64,000 nt of DNA from Candidatus Krumholzibacteriia bacterium (GTDB lineage Bacteria > Krumholzibacteriota > Krumholzibacteriia > Krumholzibacteriales > Krumholzibacteriaceae): the NCBI GenBank assembly GCA_963836185.1, contig CAWIIQ010000001.1, positions 1,307,531 through 1,371,530 of the forward strand, read 5' to 3'. The notes beneath the pieces are model-generated. The model was not told the origin of the DNA. It made no database searches and worked only from the letters and a program-made list of their open reading frames with translations. Below are positions 28,273 to 38,395 of the stretch, piece after piece. Both the position numbers and the translations under genes were made by a program. The stretch's first letter is position 1; every line of letters starts with the position of its first letter.

Positions 28273-30804
28273 ATGAATTCCGTCAGAGTCACGGCCATTC
28301 TCACAGTCGTATTTTCCATTATGACGCTGATGCCGTCTGGAGCATCCGCACAGAGCGATCCGGCTATCGAATACCTGCAGAGAGAGATAGATTCGAAAGG
28401 ATACAACTGGACCGCGAAGAGAACATGGCTGACTGACCTGCCGGAAGAGGACCGCCTGAAGATGATCGGCGTCAATCTGCCCGAAGAGATGATCAAGAAG
28501 TTCGCGACCCTTCAAAAGAGGTTCGACGATGGTACACTCAGCATGCCGATGATGCCTGCTGCTCCGTCGAACTGGGACTGGCGCGATCTCGGAGGCGTAT
28601 CGGCTGTAACAAACCAGGGAGGGTGCGGGAGCTGCGCTATCTTTGCCGGTACGGCGGCCCTCGAATCGGTCGTCATGATCAACGAGGGGATCGAATACGA
28701 CCTGGCCGAGCAGCAGATTCTCTCATGCAGGACCTGGGGATACGGATGCGAAGGAGCCTGGTACTCCTGGGGGTGGGACTACGTCCGCAGCAATGGCGCT
28801 GTGCTCGAGCCGTGCATGCCATACCAGGCGAACGACTCGATCCCCTGTGCCGACGATCCGTGCGATATCTACGTCACCAACGGAGGGTGGGTCGATATCC
28901 CCAACGATGTCGAATCCATAAAGCAGCAGGTGATGATATCCCCGGTAGCGACGACATTCACCGTATATGGCGATTTCTATTCGTATGGCGGCGGGTGCTA
29001 CGAGCACGCGGATACCGATCAGATCAACCACGCCGTTCTCATAGTCGGATGGGATGATGATCTCTGTGGAGGCGAGGGGGCCTGGCTCTGCAAGAACAGC
29101 TGGGGCGAAGGCTGGGGACTCGACGGCTTCTTCTGGATAAAGTACGGGACATGCAGAATCGGATACGCCACTCAGCGGGTCCTCTACAACTCGGGGCTCG
29201 ATGTATGGTACTCCGGCCATGAGATACTCGACGCTGGCGGTGACAGCGACGGCAGGGCAGATCCTGGCGAAAGTGTGGATATGCCTGTCACTCTCTGGTG
29301 CGATATTCTGTCGCCCGACAGGACAAGTGTCTCCGCGACTCTGTCGACTGCCGGCGGTCTTGTCGTGGTGACACAGTCGACTGTGATGTACGGCGCGGTT
29401 CCGGCCGGATCCTCTTCATCGGGGACCGGTTACTTTGAATTCGACGTCGACCAGTTCGCCGTTCCCGGCGCCAGGATCGAATTTGTACTCGAGATAACAG
29501 CCGACGGCGGGTACTCGCACAATGATACCTTCGAGGTCAGTGTGGGAGATTGCCCTGTCCTCCTTGTCGATGACGATGACGGCGCCCAGCTCGAACAGTT
29601 TTTCGAGACCTCGCTGCAGAATGACGGATATATTTACGAGGTCTGGGACGAGACAGCCAGCGGTTATATCGACGTGGCCGATTTATCGGGATACACAGCC
29701 GTCATCTGGCTTACAGGGGTCGGAGGCGATATCGAACCGCAGAATATAACGGCGATCGAGGGACTGCTGGACGGTGGCGGCGCCCTGCTCATGACGGGAC
29801 AGGATGTCGGCTGGCAGCTGAATGCGTACGGGGTCCCTGAGGATATAGTTTTCTATCACGATTATCTTCATGCCGACTATATACATGACGACTCGGGGTT
29901 CCGGTCGCTCGCCGGAATACCCGGGGACGCTGTCGGCGATGGGCTGGCTTTCGATATAGGCGGAGGCGATGGAAGCGGCACCCAGGATTATCCCAGTGAG
30001 ATTGAGCCGCGAAGCAGCGCTCTCCCGGTACTCGAATATTCTCCCGGAGCGGAAGGTGCGCTGAGGTACGACATCGGTCACAGGCTTGTATACCTTGCCT
30101 TCGGCTTCGAGGCTGTCAATACCCAGGCGGACAGGGATACCCTGATGTCGAGATGCCTCGAATGGCTAGCCGGCGGGACATGGCCCGACACCGCGCCGCC
30201 GATAGTCACGACCCTTTCCCCTGACGGGGGGGAAGAGTACTCGACTGGAGAGAATGTCACGATCTCGTGGACAGCGGACGATAATGCCGGCGTCACAAGT
30301 ATAGATATACTGCTGTCGATCGACGGAGGCATGACCTGGGATGAGACGATAGTGGAAGGGACCGTGAACGCCGGCGCCTATACCTGGGTCGCGTCCGACG
30401 GGGCGTCGAGTGAATGCAGGATACGCGTTATCGCCCGCGACGCCGCGGGGCTTGCCGCGTACGACGATTCCGATGCCGATTTCTCAAAGGGCTCTGCGAC
30501 CGGTGGTCCCGACTCGCCCGATATAAGGGACTACTACCTCGCCCAGAATGTTCCTAACCCGTTCAATCCGGTCACGACGGTCCGGTTCGGGCTGCCTGTA
30601 TCCTCGTCAGTATCCCTTCGTATTTATGATGCAGCCGGGAGGCTTGTCAGGGTACTGATCGAAGATCACCTTGAAGCGGGACACCACGAGACGGTCTGGG
30701 ACGGCCTTGACAGGGTGGGCAGGCCAGTTGCCAGCGGAGTGTATTTCTGCCGCCTCGCGACAAATGCTTTCGCCGAAGAGAAAAAGATGATACTTTTAAG
30801 ATGA
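28273..30804 (+). CDS. secreted papain-family (C1) cysteine peptidase with accessory domains and an FlgD-Ig/T9SS-like C-terminal sorting domain
   Basis: Catalytic blocks NQGGCGSCAIFAG (Cys), INHAVLIVGWDDD (His) and KNSWGEGWGLDGFFWI (Asn/Trp). The C-terminus is NVPNPFNPVTTVRFGLP...LRIYDAAGRLV...WDGLDRVGRPVASGVYFCRL. Confidence 0.88.
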   Translation: MNSVRVTAILTVVFSIMTLMPSGASAQSDPAIEYLQREIDSKGYNWTAKRTWLTDLPEEDRLKMIGVNLPEEMIKKFATLQKRFDDGTLSMPMMPAAPSNWDWRDLGGVSAVTNQGGCGSCAIFAGTAALESVVMINEGIEYDLAEQQILSCRTWGYGCEGAWYSWGWDYVRSNGAVLEPCMPYQANDSIPCADDPCDIYVTNGGWVDIPNDVESIKQQVMISPVATTFTVYGDFYSYGGGCYEHADTDQINHAVLIVGWDDDLCGGEGAWLCKNSWGEGWGLDGFFWIKYGTCRIGYATQRVLYNSGLDVWYSGHEILDAGGDSDGRADPGESVDMPVTLWCDILSPDRTSVSATLSTAGGLVVVTQSTVMYGAVPAGSSSSGTGYFEFDVDQFAVPGARIEFVLEITADGGYSHNDTFEVSVGDCPVLLVDDDDGAQLEQFFETSLQNDGYIYEVWDETASGYIDVADLSGYTAVIWLTGVGGDIEPQNITAIEGLLDGGGALLMTGQDVGWQLNAYGVPEDIVFYHDYLHADYIHDDSGFRSLAGIPGDAVGDGLAFDIGGGDGSGTQDYPSEIEPRSSALPVLEYSPGAEGALRYDIGHRLVYLAFGFEAVNTQADRDTLMSRCLEWLAGGTWPDTAPPIVTTLSPDGGEEYSTGENVTISWTADDNAGVTSIDILLSIDGGMTWDETIVEGTVNAGAYTWVASDGASSECRIRVIARDAAGLAAYDDSDADFSKGSATGGPDSPDIRDYYLAQNVPNPFNPVTTVRFGLPVSSSVSLRIYDAAGRLVRVLIEDHLEAGHHETVWDGLDRVGRPVASGVYFCRLATNAFAEEKKMILLR

Positions 30805-30857
30805 CAGTCGTGGCCCCCTGCTGACTACCCCTGACAGATACGAGGAGGGGTTGTATC

Positions 30858-31547
30858 ATGCGGGACCTATCAGGACCTTCGGTCGTGGTACGGACAGGGA
30901 TCACTGCTGCGCTGCTTTTCACTGTGTTTTCATCGCAGGGCTGCCTGACCTATTCTTCCTATCAATCAGCGCGAATCGTCGAGCGCGGATACCCGCACGC
31001 CGTTGTCGGCATCACCAGAAGCGTTTCTCCCGGCACGGAAAAGTCTGACCGGGAAGTAAGCTGGTGGACCATCGACGGGGATATGCGCTTCGGAATCGCG
31101 AGACGGATCGATGGGGCGGTCCGTGTCTCGGTGTTTCAGAATTTTGTTGAAGGCTTGGGTGGAGGTCAGATCTCCGTGGACCTGCGCGGAGGAATAATCG
31201 AGGATCATATCGTGATAGTCATGCCGGCCACGGTGACCCTTGGTGATTTCTACTTTTACACGCTTCGGATCCAGCCGGGATTCGTCGGTACGATCCCCCT
31301 TGGCAAGCAGCTGGAACTCAACGGTTCTGTCAGGGCCCATGTCTATCTCAGGGTGATGGAACTGTACGGAATCGATTATACTCTGGGGCTGGGCATAACG
31401 ACCCGGTCAGGTGAATGGACGATCCGACCCGAAGTCGGGTGGCTCCAGCTGGCAGGGCTTAACTCCGATTCAGCCTGTCTCCAGTACGGAGTAGGGATCG
31501 AGCACAACTTTATCACGGCGCCGACAGGATGTGAGGAGCTCCGTTAA
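30858..31547 (+). CDS. hypothetical lipoprotein, beta-barrel-like
   Basis: Lipobox VFSSQGCL. Beta-strand-type alternating pattern throughout. No assigned family. Confidence 0.55.
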   Translation: MRDLSGPSVVVRTGITAALLFTVFSSQGCLTYSSYQSARIVERGYPHAVVGITRSVSPGTEKSDREVSWWTIDGDMRFGIARRIDGAVRVSVFQNFVEGLGGGQISVDLRGGIIEDHIVIVMPATVTLGDFYFYTLRIQPGFVGTIPLGKQLELNGSVRAHVYLRVMELYGIDYTLGLGITTRSGEWTIRPEVGWLQLAGLNSDSACLQYGVGIEHNFITAPTGCEELR

Positions 31548-31668
31548 TTGATTGAAACTATCCCCTGACATCTGTAGAATGGCCCGTAACAGGTGAAACC
31601 GCTTTACGGCTGTTGACGTAGAAGAGAGGTGCGTCGGGGCCGGGGTACGTACTTTTGGAGGTCAGTCT

Positions 31669-32127
31669 ATGCGCCGGGGATACTTCTGTATGACTCTTCT
31701 CGCAGTTTTCGTGATCACAGCCGGAGCCACCGCTCCGCTGCATGCCGGGGACGATGAGGCAGCGGTCAGGGAGACGATCATCAACGCTTACGTCAAGGGC
31801 ATCCATATCGATCGGGATATCCCGGCGATAAGGAAGGGATTCCATCCCTCGTTTCTGATGTTCATCAGGAAAGGCGAGGAAGTAAATACTTTGTCATTAG
31901 ACGACTGGGTGGAGGGGATCGAGCACAGCAAACAAAAGGACCCTGAAGGTCCGTCGTGGAAGGTGACCAGTGATATCCCGATGGTCAGCATATCGGGGGA
32001 TGCCGCGGTCGCCAAGGTCATGATATACAGGGACGAGAAACTGATCTACAGCGACTATATGTCACTGTACAAGTTCGATGACGGGTGGAAGATCGTAGGC
32101 AAGATCTATTACAGCCACAAGGATTAA
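31669..32127 (+). CDS. secreted NTF2-fold (SnoaL/lumazine-binding-like) protein
   Basis: Signal peptide. AAVRETIINAYVKGIHIDRD...DDGWKIVGKIYYSH is characteristic of NTF2-like small proteins. Confidence 0.65.
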   Translation: MRRGYFCMTLLAVFVITAGATAPLHAGDDEAAVRETIINAYVKGIHIDRDIPAIRKGFHPSFLMFIRKGEEVNTLSLDDWVEGIEHSKQKDPEGPSWKVTSDIPMVSISGDAAVAKVMIYRDEKLIYSDYMSLYKFDDGWKIVGKIYYSHKD

Positions 32128-32164
32128 GAACATCAGACGATCATTCTGTTTTTTAATCGCCGCC

Positions 32165-33697
32165 ATGATGCTGCTGCCGCTTTCGATCCCGGCTTCCGGG
32201 TCGGATAGTGCCGACGGCCTGGAGAGGGAACGCGAGGAGATAAAGCCGAAGGAGCTTACCGCCAGGGTCGATCTGCCCTCCAGGGAGGTCCACTATGGTG
32301 GACTGATGATCGCGGCGGGCGATACGGTCTCCGGGCCCGTCATCGTGATCAAGGGTTCGCTCGACATCCAGGACGGTGGGGTCCTGACGGGAGATGCCTG
32401 GGTGATAAACGGCGATATGATCCTTACAGGTACCGCCGCCATCGTGGGAAAAGTCAACCTGGTAAACGGCTCCGACTATCTGTCGCACAAAGCGGGCATA
32501 GCTGGAGGCATCGTTTACTATCACAGCGAGTGCCGGCTGGACGACAAGAAATACGAGGATTCCGGAGAGGTCTCGTTCGTAAAGAAGGAAGATCCCAGAG
32601 TGGTCAGGACGAAGTTCGCCCACAAGCCCGGCAGGCCTTCGAGGGTCGACTACGAGATCGCCCGTCCAGGATTCAAGCGCGAGAACGACAAGGCCAGGAA
32701 GCCGTACACGAAGGCATTCGGATATCTGCACGTACCGATCTGGAAGGATTCCGGTGGATTCCTCGGTTTCGACACGGGTATATCCTTTCCTCTCGCGGGC
32801 GACGATCTGAGGCTTGAAGTCAACGGGTTCAAGAGGACAGAGTCGAACGATACCTGGCAGACAGGGCGTCTCGAGAACGGTTTTATCGTCATGATGACGG
32901 CTGATGACTATCTTGACTACTGGGAACGAAGGGGAGGCGAGGCGGGGTTGAAATGGATCCTCTCAGAGCATACGACTCTGGCTGGATTCGTATCATACCA
33001 GGAGGATGTATCCCTTGAGGCGATGAAGATCCCTTCGCTGCTGCGGGGCACTGACCGCTACCGGGAAAATCCCGCTATAGATGACGGGGAGAGGCTCGCT
33101 GCGGCACTGCGATTCTGCTACGACGGCCGCGAGGACGAGGGGTGGCGCAGAAGCGCCTGGCGTTTCGACTTCTGGTTCGAGAAAGGATTCAGGACCGGCG
33201 CGGCTGATTTCTCTTACGAGGCTTTTGATATCGACCTGTCGAGGTACCAGTACATCGGCCGCCGTTCACAGGTGGGGCTGAGGGGCAAGGTCTTCTCGGC
33301 ATTCAGCCCTGTACCGGGACAGTTGAGACGTACACTGACCGGATATGGTGGTGTCAGAGGGGCGAGAGACATACCGTTCCCAAATGAGAAGGGGGACCGG
33401 CTCGCGCTATTTTCGATCGAGGCCAGGACCAGGCTCCCCGATGTATGGGGGATAAGGTGGTTGTTTACATCCTGGGACCTGCTGGTGTTCTCGGATATAG
33501 GACTCCTCGCCGATGCTGAAAACAAGGAATCACCCTTCGGTTTCTTCGAAACACCTTTCGAGGAGTGGAGGAAGACGGCAGGGCTGGGATTTTCAGGCCA
33601 GTCTTTTCTGCCGTACGTAGGATTCTATATCGCCCAGGATCTCGACAGGGACAAGTTCGAGCCGAGGGCGATACTGAGATTCGAGCAATCGTTTTGA
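32165..33697 (+). CDS. outer-membrane Omp85/surface-antigen-like barrel protein with an N-terminal bactofilin-like beta-solenoid segment
   Basis: The N-terminus has GDTVSGPVIVIKGSLDIQDGGVLTGDAWVINGDMILTGTAAIVGKV repeats. The C-terminal part has GYGGVRGA...LFSIEARTRL...LLVFSDIG and a terminal ...RFEQSF (aromatic end). The start is uncertain, because an in-frame upstream extension encodes a signal-like peptide. Confidence 0.55.
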   Translation: MMLLPLSIPASGSDSADGLEREREEIKPKELTARVDLPSREVHYGGLMIAAGDTVSGPVIVIKGSLDIQDGGVLTGDAWVINGDMILTGTAAIVGKVNLVNGSDYLSHKAGIAGGIVYYHSECRLDDKKYEDSGEVSFVKKEDPRVVRTKFAHKPGRPSRVDYEIARPGFKRENDKARKPYTKAFGYLHVPIWKDSGGFLGFDTGISFPLAGDDLRLEVNGFKRTESNDTWQTGRLENGFIVMMTADDYLDYWERRGGEAGLKWILSEHTTLAGFVSYQEDVSLEAMKIPSLLRGTDRYRENPAIDDGERLAAALRFCYDGREDEGWRRSAWRFDFWFEKGFRTGAADFSYEAFDIDLSRYQYIGRRSQVGLRGKVFSAFSPVPGQLRRTLTGYGGVRGARDIPFPNEKGDRLALFSIEARTRLPDVWGIRWLFTSWDLLVFSDIGLLADAENKESPFGFFETPFEEWRKTAGLGFSGQSFLPYVGFYIAQDLDRDKFEPRAILRFEQSF

Positions 33698-33725
33698 CCG
33701 TATAAATAATAGCAAAAGGTATCAG

Positions 33726-34661
33726 GTGATGAGTGACAAGAAGATGGCGATGTTGAGGGTCGAGAAGCTCGAGAAGCGGTTCGGCCGGGTACACGCCCTC
33801 AAAGGTGTGGATATCGTTCTGGACAAGCCGGGCGTCTATGGATTCCTTGGCCCTAACGGAGCGGGAAAGACCACGACCTTCAAGGTGATCGGCGGACTAC
33901 TCAGGCCCACAGGTGGAACAGTGCTGATCGATGGTATCGATGTCAGGACCGATACGGCGAAGGCCGTTTCGAAGCTCGGCATCCTCTTCGATCAGCCCGC
34001 CTACTATCCTTTCCTTTCAGGGCGGGAGAATCTTTCCGTTTTCAACAGGTGGATGGGCCTCGATGATACGGAGCATGCCGACCGGCTCCTCGAAATGGTA
34101 GGTCTCGGTGGCGCCGGCAGCAGGAAAGCCGGGGGATATTCATGGGGAATGAAGAGGAGGCTGGGAATCGCCGCGGCGCTGCTTGGTGATCCGGCGATAC
34201 TGCTCCTCGATGAGCCGACTAACGGGCTCGACCCGGCGGGGATCGCGGACATGAGAAAACTGCTGCCCCGCCTCGCTTGGGAAGAGAAGAGGACTGTCCT
34301 GCTTTCATCTCACAGGATGGAGGAGGTAACACAGATCTGCGATCATGTCACCATCATCAACAGGGGGGAGATCGCGGCGGCCGGTACTCCGGCGGAACTA
34401 TCCACCGGGATTCCATGGATAGAGATAGAACTGCCTGACGCTGACAGGGCCGTGAGATTACTCGAGGAATCGGGAATGGCCGATGAGATAAAGCGCAGGA
34501 GCGCGTCTGTCGTGGAAATCATGGCGTCTGGAAAGACCGCTTCGTCGATAAATACCTTCCTCGTCGAAAAGGGCTTCGAAATCACCGGTATCCGCGAAAA
34601 AAGAGAATCACTGGAGGATATATTCTTCCGGCTGACGGGAGGGGGCGATGATGACAGGTGA
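33726..34661 (+). CDS. ABC transporter ATP-binding protein (ABC-2 subtype)
   Basis: Walker A GPNGAGKTT, signature-like YSWGMKRRLGIA, Walker B ILLLDEPTNGLD, H-loop LSSH. Confidence 0.9.
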   Translation: MMSDKKMAMLRVEKLEKRFGRVHALKGVDIVLDKPGVYGFLGPNGAGKTTTFKVIGGLLRPTGGTVLIDGIDVRTDTAKAVSKLGILFDQPAYYPFLSGRENLSVFNRWMGLDDTEHADRLLEMVGLGGAGSRKAGGYSWGMKRRLGIAAALLGDPAILLLDEPTNGLDPAGIADMRKLLPRLAWEEKRTVLLSSHRMEEVTQICDHVTIINRGEIAAAGTPAELSTGIPWIEIELPDADRAVRLLEESGMADEIKRRSASVVEIMASGKTASSINTFLVEKGFEITGIREKRESLEDIFFRLTGGGDDDR

Positions 34662-35460
34662 GATAAAAAAGGTGCTTCTCGCCGAAAAGGTCAAGCTTCG
34701 CAGGAAGAGGACGACATGGTTCGTACCCTCCGCAGTCGCTGTCATGGCACTGCTCGTTTTCATGGCGATCGCCTATGCCGCGTCGAGGGACTGGGCAGGT
34801 ATTCCAAGCGGGTTCTATCTCGCTTCTTCGGCATCCGGATGGATGATAAATGTCACGGGGCTGCTCGCGATGATAATCACATGTTTCCAGATATCGGGGG
34901 AGTTCGCCCTGGGTACGGTAAAACCGGCGTGGGTCAGAGGGCTGTCGAGACATGGATGGCTCTCGGGAAAGGTTGTTTCGGCCGCGATGGCTGTTACAGT
35001 CCTCTTCCTTATCATAATCGCGGTTTCGCTGGTAAGCGCCGGCGCCAGGTATGGATATACCGACCTGAAAGAGAAAGATTTTATAGTTCATACAGCATCC
35101 GCCCTGTGGAAGGGATATTTGGTCAGCGCGGCGCTGACGCTCTTTTCCCTCTGGGCCGTGGTTACGGTCACGTCGATGCTGTCTGCCTGTTTCAACAGGC
35201 CCGGTTCGGCGATTGCAGTCGTTGTGCTGGTCGCCGTTGCTCTGACGGTAGTGGCTGTGTTCAAACCGGCGAGGCCGTTTCTTCTCACCTCTGCGATCAG
35301 CATGCCCTTTGAGCAGATGACGTCGATGTCGAAGGGGCTGCCGCTGCCGCTTGAATGGGGAGATCTCATATGGAGGACCATCGCCTGCGCGGGAAGCTGG
35401 CTTGTACTGTCCTGCGCCGCAGGACACGCGATCATTGCGAGAAAGGAGATTACCTTCTAG
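34648..35460 (+). CDS. ABC-2 family transporter permease
   Basis: Overlaps the ATPase gene by 14 nt. Six hydrophobic segments with the long first extracytoplasmic loop typical of ABC-2 permeases. Confidence 0.75.
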   Translation: MMTGEIKKVLLAEKVKLRRKRTTWFVPSAVAVMALLVFMAIAYAASRDWAGIPSGFYLASSASGWMINVTGLLAMIITCFQISGEFALGTVKPAWVRGLSRHGWLSGKVVSAAMAVTVLFLIIIAVSLVSAGARYGYTDLKEKDFIVHTASALWKGYLVSAALTLFSLWAVVTVTSMLSACFNRPGSAIAVVVLVAVALTVVAVFKPARPFLLTSAISMPFEQMTSMSKGLPLPLEWGDLIWRTIACAGSWLVLSCAAGHAIIARKEITF

Positions 35461-35469
35461 AAGGTCATC

Positions 35470-37005
35470 ATGAAGCATACAACACGAATAGTGAGTTCGA
35501 TGGTGATTGCGGTCCTTGTCACTGCGGCCATACCATGTGTCGTCTTCGCCGAAGAGGAAGTCTTCAAACGATCGACCCTGAGCGTTGCCGACAAGCTTTT
35601 GTATCTTGAGGCAGAGGACCTCAATCTCGACGGCCTGAAGGATATCCTCATAATACACCGTAAAGGACTGCAGCCGCTGGAGACGAAGTGGGTTTCGATA
35701 TTCTGGCAGATGGAAGACGGCGGATTCTCTACTGCGGCTGATCAGTCGTGGGAGATCGATTCGCTGGCTATCTCGATAGATATCGGTGATGTGGTGGGGG
35801 ACGGGCGCAAGGAACTATGCATCCTTACGCCCACCGGAGTGGGCTATTATCCCATTGATGGCAATGTCTACGAGATGACTCTCCGAGTGCTTCTCGAGAC
35901 TGACGACCTGGCCGGACTGTTTCCATCTAAGAGGACCGTCCCGGTGATCGATTTTGTCAAGGACTGGAACGGCGACGGCCGCGATGAGGTCGCCGTATTC
36001 AAGTTCAACGGTCTGTCGATCTTTCATCCCGACTCTTCCGGGGCATATTCGATAGAGAACGCGCTGGAAATGGAACTGAGGACGGCCATAGGCAGGGTCG
36101 TGTCTGAAGGAGAAATGAATCAGACTCCCGGTCTTTATATGGCCTATTCATTCCCCTCGATGAAACTTCTCGATTTCGACGGGGACGGGTTTGACGATCT
36201 GTGTGCCACCAGGCAGGGGTGGGTAAGGGTCTACAGGCGAAATCCGGACGGCTTTTTCGAAGCAAAACCTGTGATAGATCATTACTTCGATGTGCTCACT
36301 CAGAAAGAGAAGATCGAGGGGATAGCGAATGTCCAGACTCTCGTATACGACCTGAACAATGACGGTATGGGCGACGCTATCGTGACAAAGCAGACGGCTA
36401 AAGGGCTCTCCAATTTCAGGGGAGTGATCAATATCTTCAACGGCAGTCCTGAGGGATTCTCTGAAACTCCGGAGCAGGTCATCATATCGGAAGGGACGGC
36501 TTCAGCGCTGTCATTGATCAGGGACGTGAACGGAGACGAGCGTCTTGATCTCATCCTTCCTTCGATAAAGATCAGCATAAGCGCTATCATTCGTTTTCTC
36601 GTCACAAGATCGATCCCGATCAACTTCAATATCTTCCTTCTTCAGGAGGACAGCAGGTTCTCCGAGCGTCCCGATTTTACCAAGGAAGTAAAATTCAAGA
36701 TCGATTTCTCGGGCGACTCTGATACACAGGCGATGGATCTCGACGGTGACTACAACGGGGACAAGCGCAAGGATTTCGTCTTCGGGACAGGTGAGACCGA
36801 GCTGTCGATATATCTCGGTGAATCGGGCCACAAGGACAGGCTCTTTTCCAAGAAACCTGTAGCCAAGGTCGAGGCCGAGGCGTACGGCGAGATGGAGGCC
36901 CTGGACCTGAACAATGACGGATACTCGGACATCACCATCTACTACCCCAACAGCAAGGACAAGAAAGGGATGGTCCAGATCCTCATGAACCTCGGCAGAA
37001 TCTGA
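35470..37005 (+). CDS. secreted/anchored FG-GAP (VCBS/integrin-alpha-like) repeat protein
   Basis: N-terminal hydrophobic anchor, then repeated Ca-binding-type loops: DLNLDGLKD, GDVVGDGRKE, DWNGDGRDE, DFDGDGFDD, DLNNDGMGD, DVNGDERLD, DLDGDYNGDKRKD and DLNNDGYSD. Confidence 0.8.
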   Translation: MKHTTRIVSSMVIAVLVTAAIPCVVFAEEEVFKRSTLSVADKLLYLEAEDLNLDGLKDILIIHRKGLQPLETKWVSIFWQMEDGGFSTAADQSWEIDSLAISIDIGDVVGDGRKELCILTPTGVGYYPIDGNVYEMTLRVLLETDDLAGLFPSKRTVPVIDFVKDWNGDGRDEVAVFKFNGLSIFHPDSSGAYSIENALEMELRTAIGRVVSEGEMNQTPGLYMAYSFPSMKLLDFDGDGFDDLCATRQGWVRVYRRNPDGFFEAKPVIDHYFDVLTQKEKIEGIANVQTLVYDLNNDGMGDAIVTKQTAKGLSNFRGVINIFNGSPEGFSETPEQVIISEGTASALSLIRDVNGDERLDLILPSIKISISAIIRFLVTRSIPINFNIFLLQEDSRFSERPDFTKEVKFKIDFSGDSDTQAMDLDGDYNGDKRKDFVFGTGETELSIYLGESGHKDRLFSKKPVAKVEAEAYGEMEALDLNNDGYSDITIYYPNSKDKKGMVQILMNLGRI

Positions 37006-37022
37006 CAAGGGAGGTTCGAGAA

Positions 37023-38342
37023 ATGATCGATGAGAATGAATCCCTGAGACCCTGCCCGGCGGAGGGGAGAGAGAGGCTGGCATCGATCGACACTCTCAGG
37101 GGGGTGGCGGTCCTTGGTATCCTCGGGATGAACATATACGCATACTCGCTTCCATACATGGCATACGATAATCCCACCGTCATGGGAGGATTCACGGGGC
37201 CTGACCGTCTCGCCTGGTGGATCACATACATGTTCTTCAGTTTCAAGATTATGCCGGTCTTCTCGATGCTTTTCGGCGCTGGACTCATGCTGATGTACGA
37301 CAGGTACGCTTCGAAGGGGATCTCCTTCGGGAGGTTCTGGTACAGGCGCATCCTGCTGCTGATGATGTTCGGGGCGGTGCATGGCTATCTTCTCTGGACA
37401 GGAGACATCCTCTTTCTATACTCGATATGCGGCCTGTTTCTCTATCTCTTCAGAAGGAAGACCGTCAGGAAACTCTTCATAGCCGCATCCATCTTCTACA
37501 TCATCGGATTTCTTCCAAACATGGCGGGCGGGTACTACTTCGGTATGATACGGGACGACGTGCTTCCGGAGGTTGAAAGGAAGACCGCGGCAGGCGAGAA
37601 ATTGACTGCTGTCGAACAGGCCCAGAAGCAGACGTGGGATGAGACGATAAAGCATTTCAATCCGTCAGATGAAGATGTCGAAAAGGACGTCGAGGTCTTC
37701 AGGAACGGATATCCCGGGATGGTCACGTATCGCGCTCCTCTATATCTGGCTATGACTACTTATCTGCTCGTCTTCGGATCGTTCTGGCCGGCTATGGGAC
37801 TGATGCTGTTCGGTATGGCCTTCGCGAAACTCGGTGTCTTCTCCGCGTCGCGATCGAAAAGGTTCTACCTTATACTTGCCGTCATCGGCTATGGCGCCGG
37901 CCTGCCCCTTGCCTACCTGTCAGCCAGTGGTGCTATCGCTGATGATTTCTCTTTTGTCGAGAGCATGTCTACTCGCGGGCCGCTGAACATGCTTGGAGGA
38001 CCACTCGTAGCCCTCGGCCACGTCGGTATCGTCATGTTTGCCTGCAGGGCATGTCTGCTGTCCGGAATGAGAAGGATGTTGTCGGAGGCAGGGAGGATGG
38101 CCTTGAGCAACTACATAGGACAGACTTTGATCTGCACGACGATATTCTACGGATACGGCCTGGGGCTGTACGCCTCATACGGCAGAGCGACCCTGATGCT
38201 CCTCGTCCTGGCTGTCTGGATCGTCGAACTGATTGTGAGCCTGATCTGGTTGAGAAGGTTCAGATTCGGCCCCCTGGAATGGCTGTGGCGGACATTGACT
38301 TACGGGCGACCGCAGCCGATGCGGAAACATCCCTCTGAATGA
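37023..38342 (+). CDS. DUF418 (YeiB-like) membrane protein
   Basis: RLASIDTLRGVAVLGILGMN, MPVFSMLFGAG and the C-terminal FRFGPLEWLWRTLTYG block are typical of the DUF418 family. Confidence 0.8.
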   Translation: MIDENESLRPCPAEGRERLASIDTLRGVAVLGILGMNIYAYSLPYMAYDNPTVMGGFTGPDRLAWWITYMFFSFKIMPVFSMLFGAGLMLMYDRYASKGISFGRFWYRRILLLMMFGAVHGYLLWTGDILFLYSICGLFLYLFRRKTVRKLFIAASIFYIIGFLPNMAGGYYFGMIRDDVLPEVERKTAAGEKLTAVEQAQKQTWDETIKHFNPSDEDVEKDVEVFRNGYPGMVTYRAPLYLAMTTYLLVFGSFWPAMGLMLFGMAFAKLGVFSASRSKRFYLILAVIGYGAGLPLAYLSASGAIADDFSFVESMSTRGPLNMLGGPLVALGHVGIVMFACRACLLSGMRRMLSEAGRMALSNYIGQTLICTTIFYGYGLGLYASYGRATLMLLVLAVWIVELIVSLIWLRRFRFGPLEWLWRTLTYGRPQPMRKHPSE

Positions 38343-38395
38343 ACTGGCATATCAGCTGAAGTTTGATATATTTAACATATAACAGGGGGTTAGAA

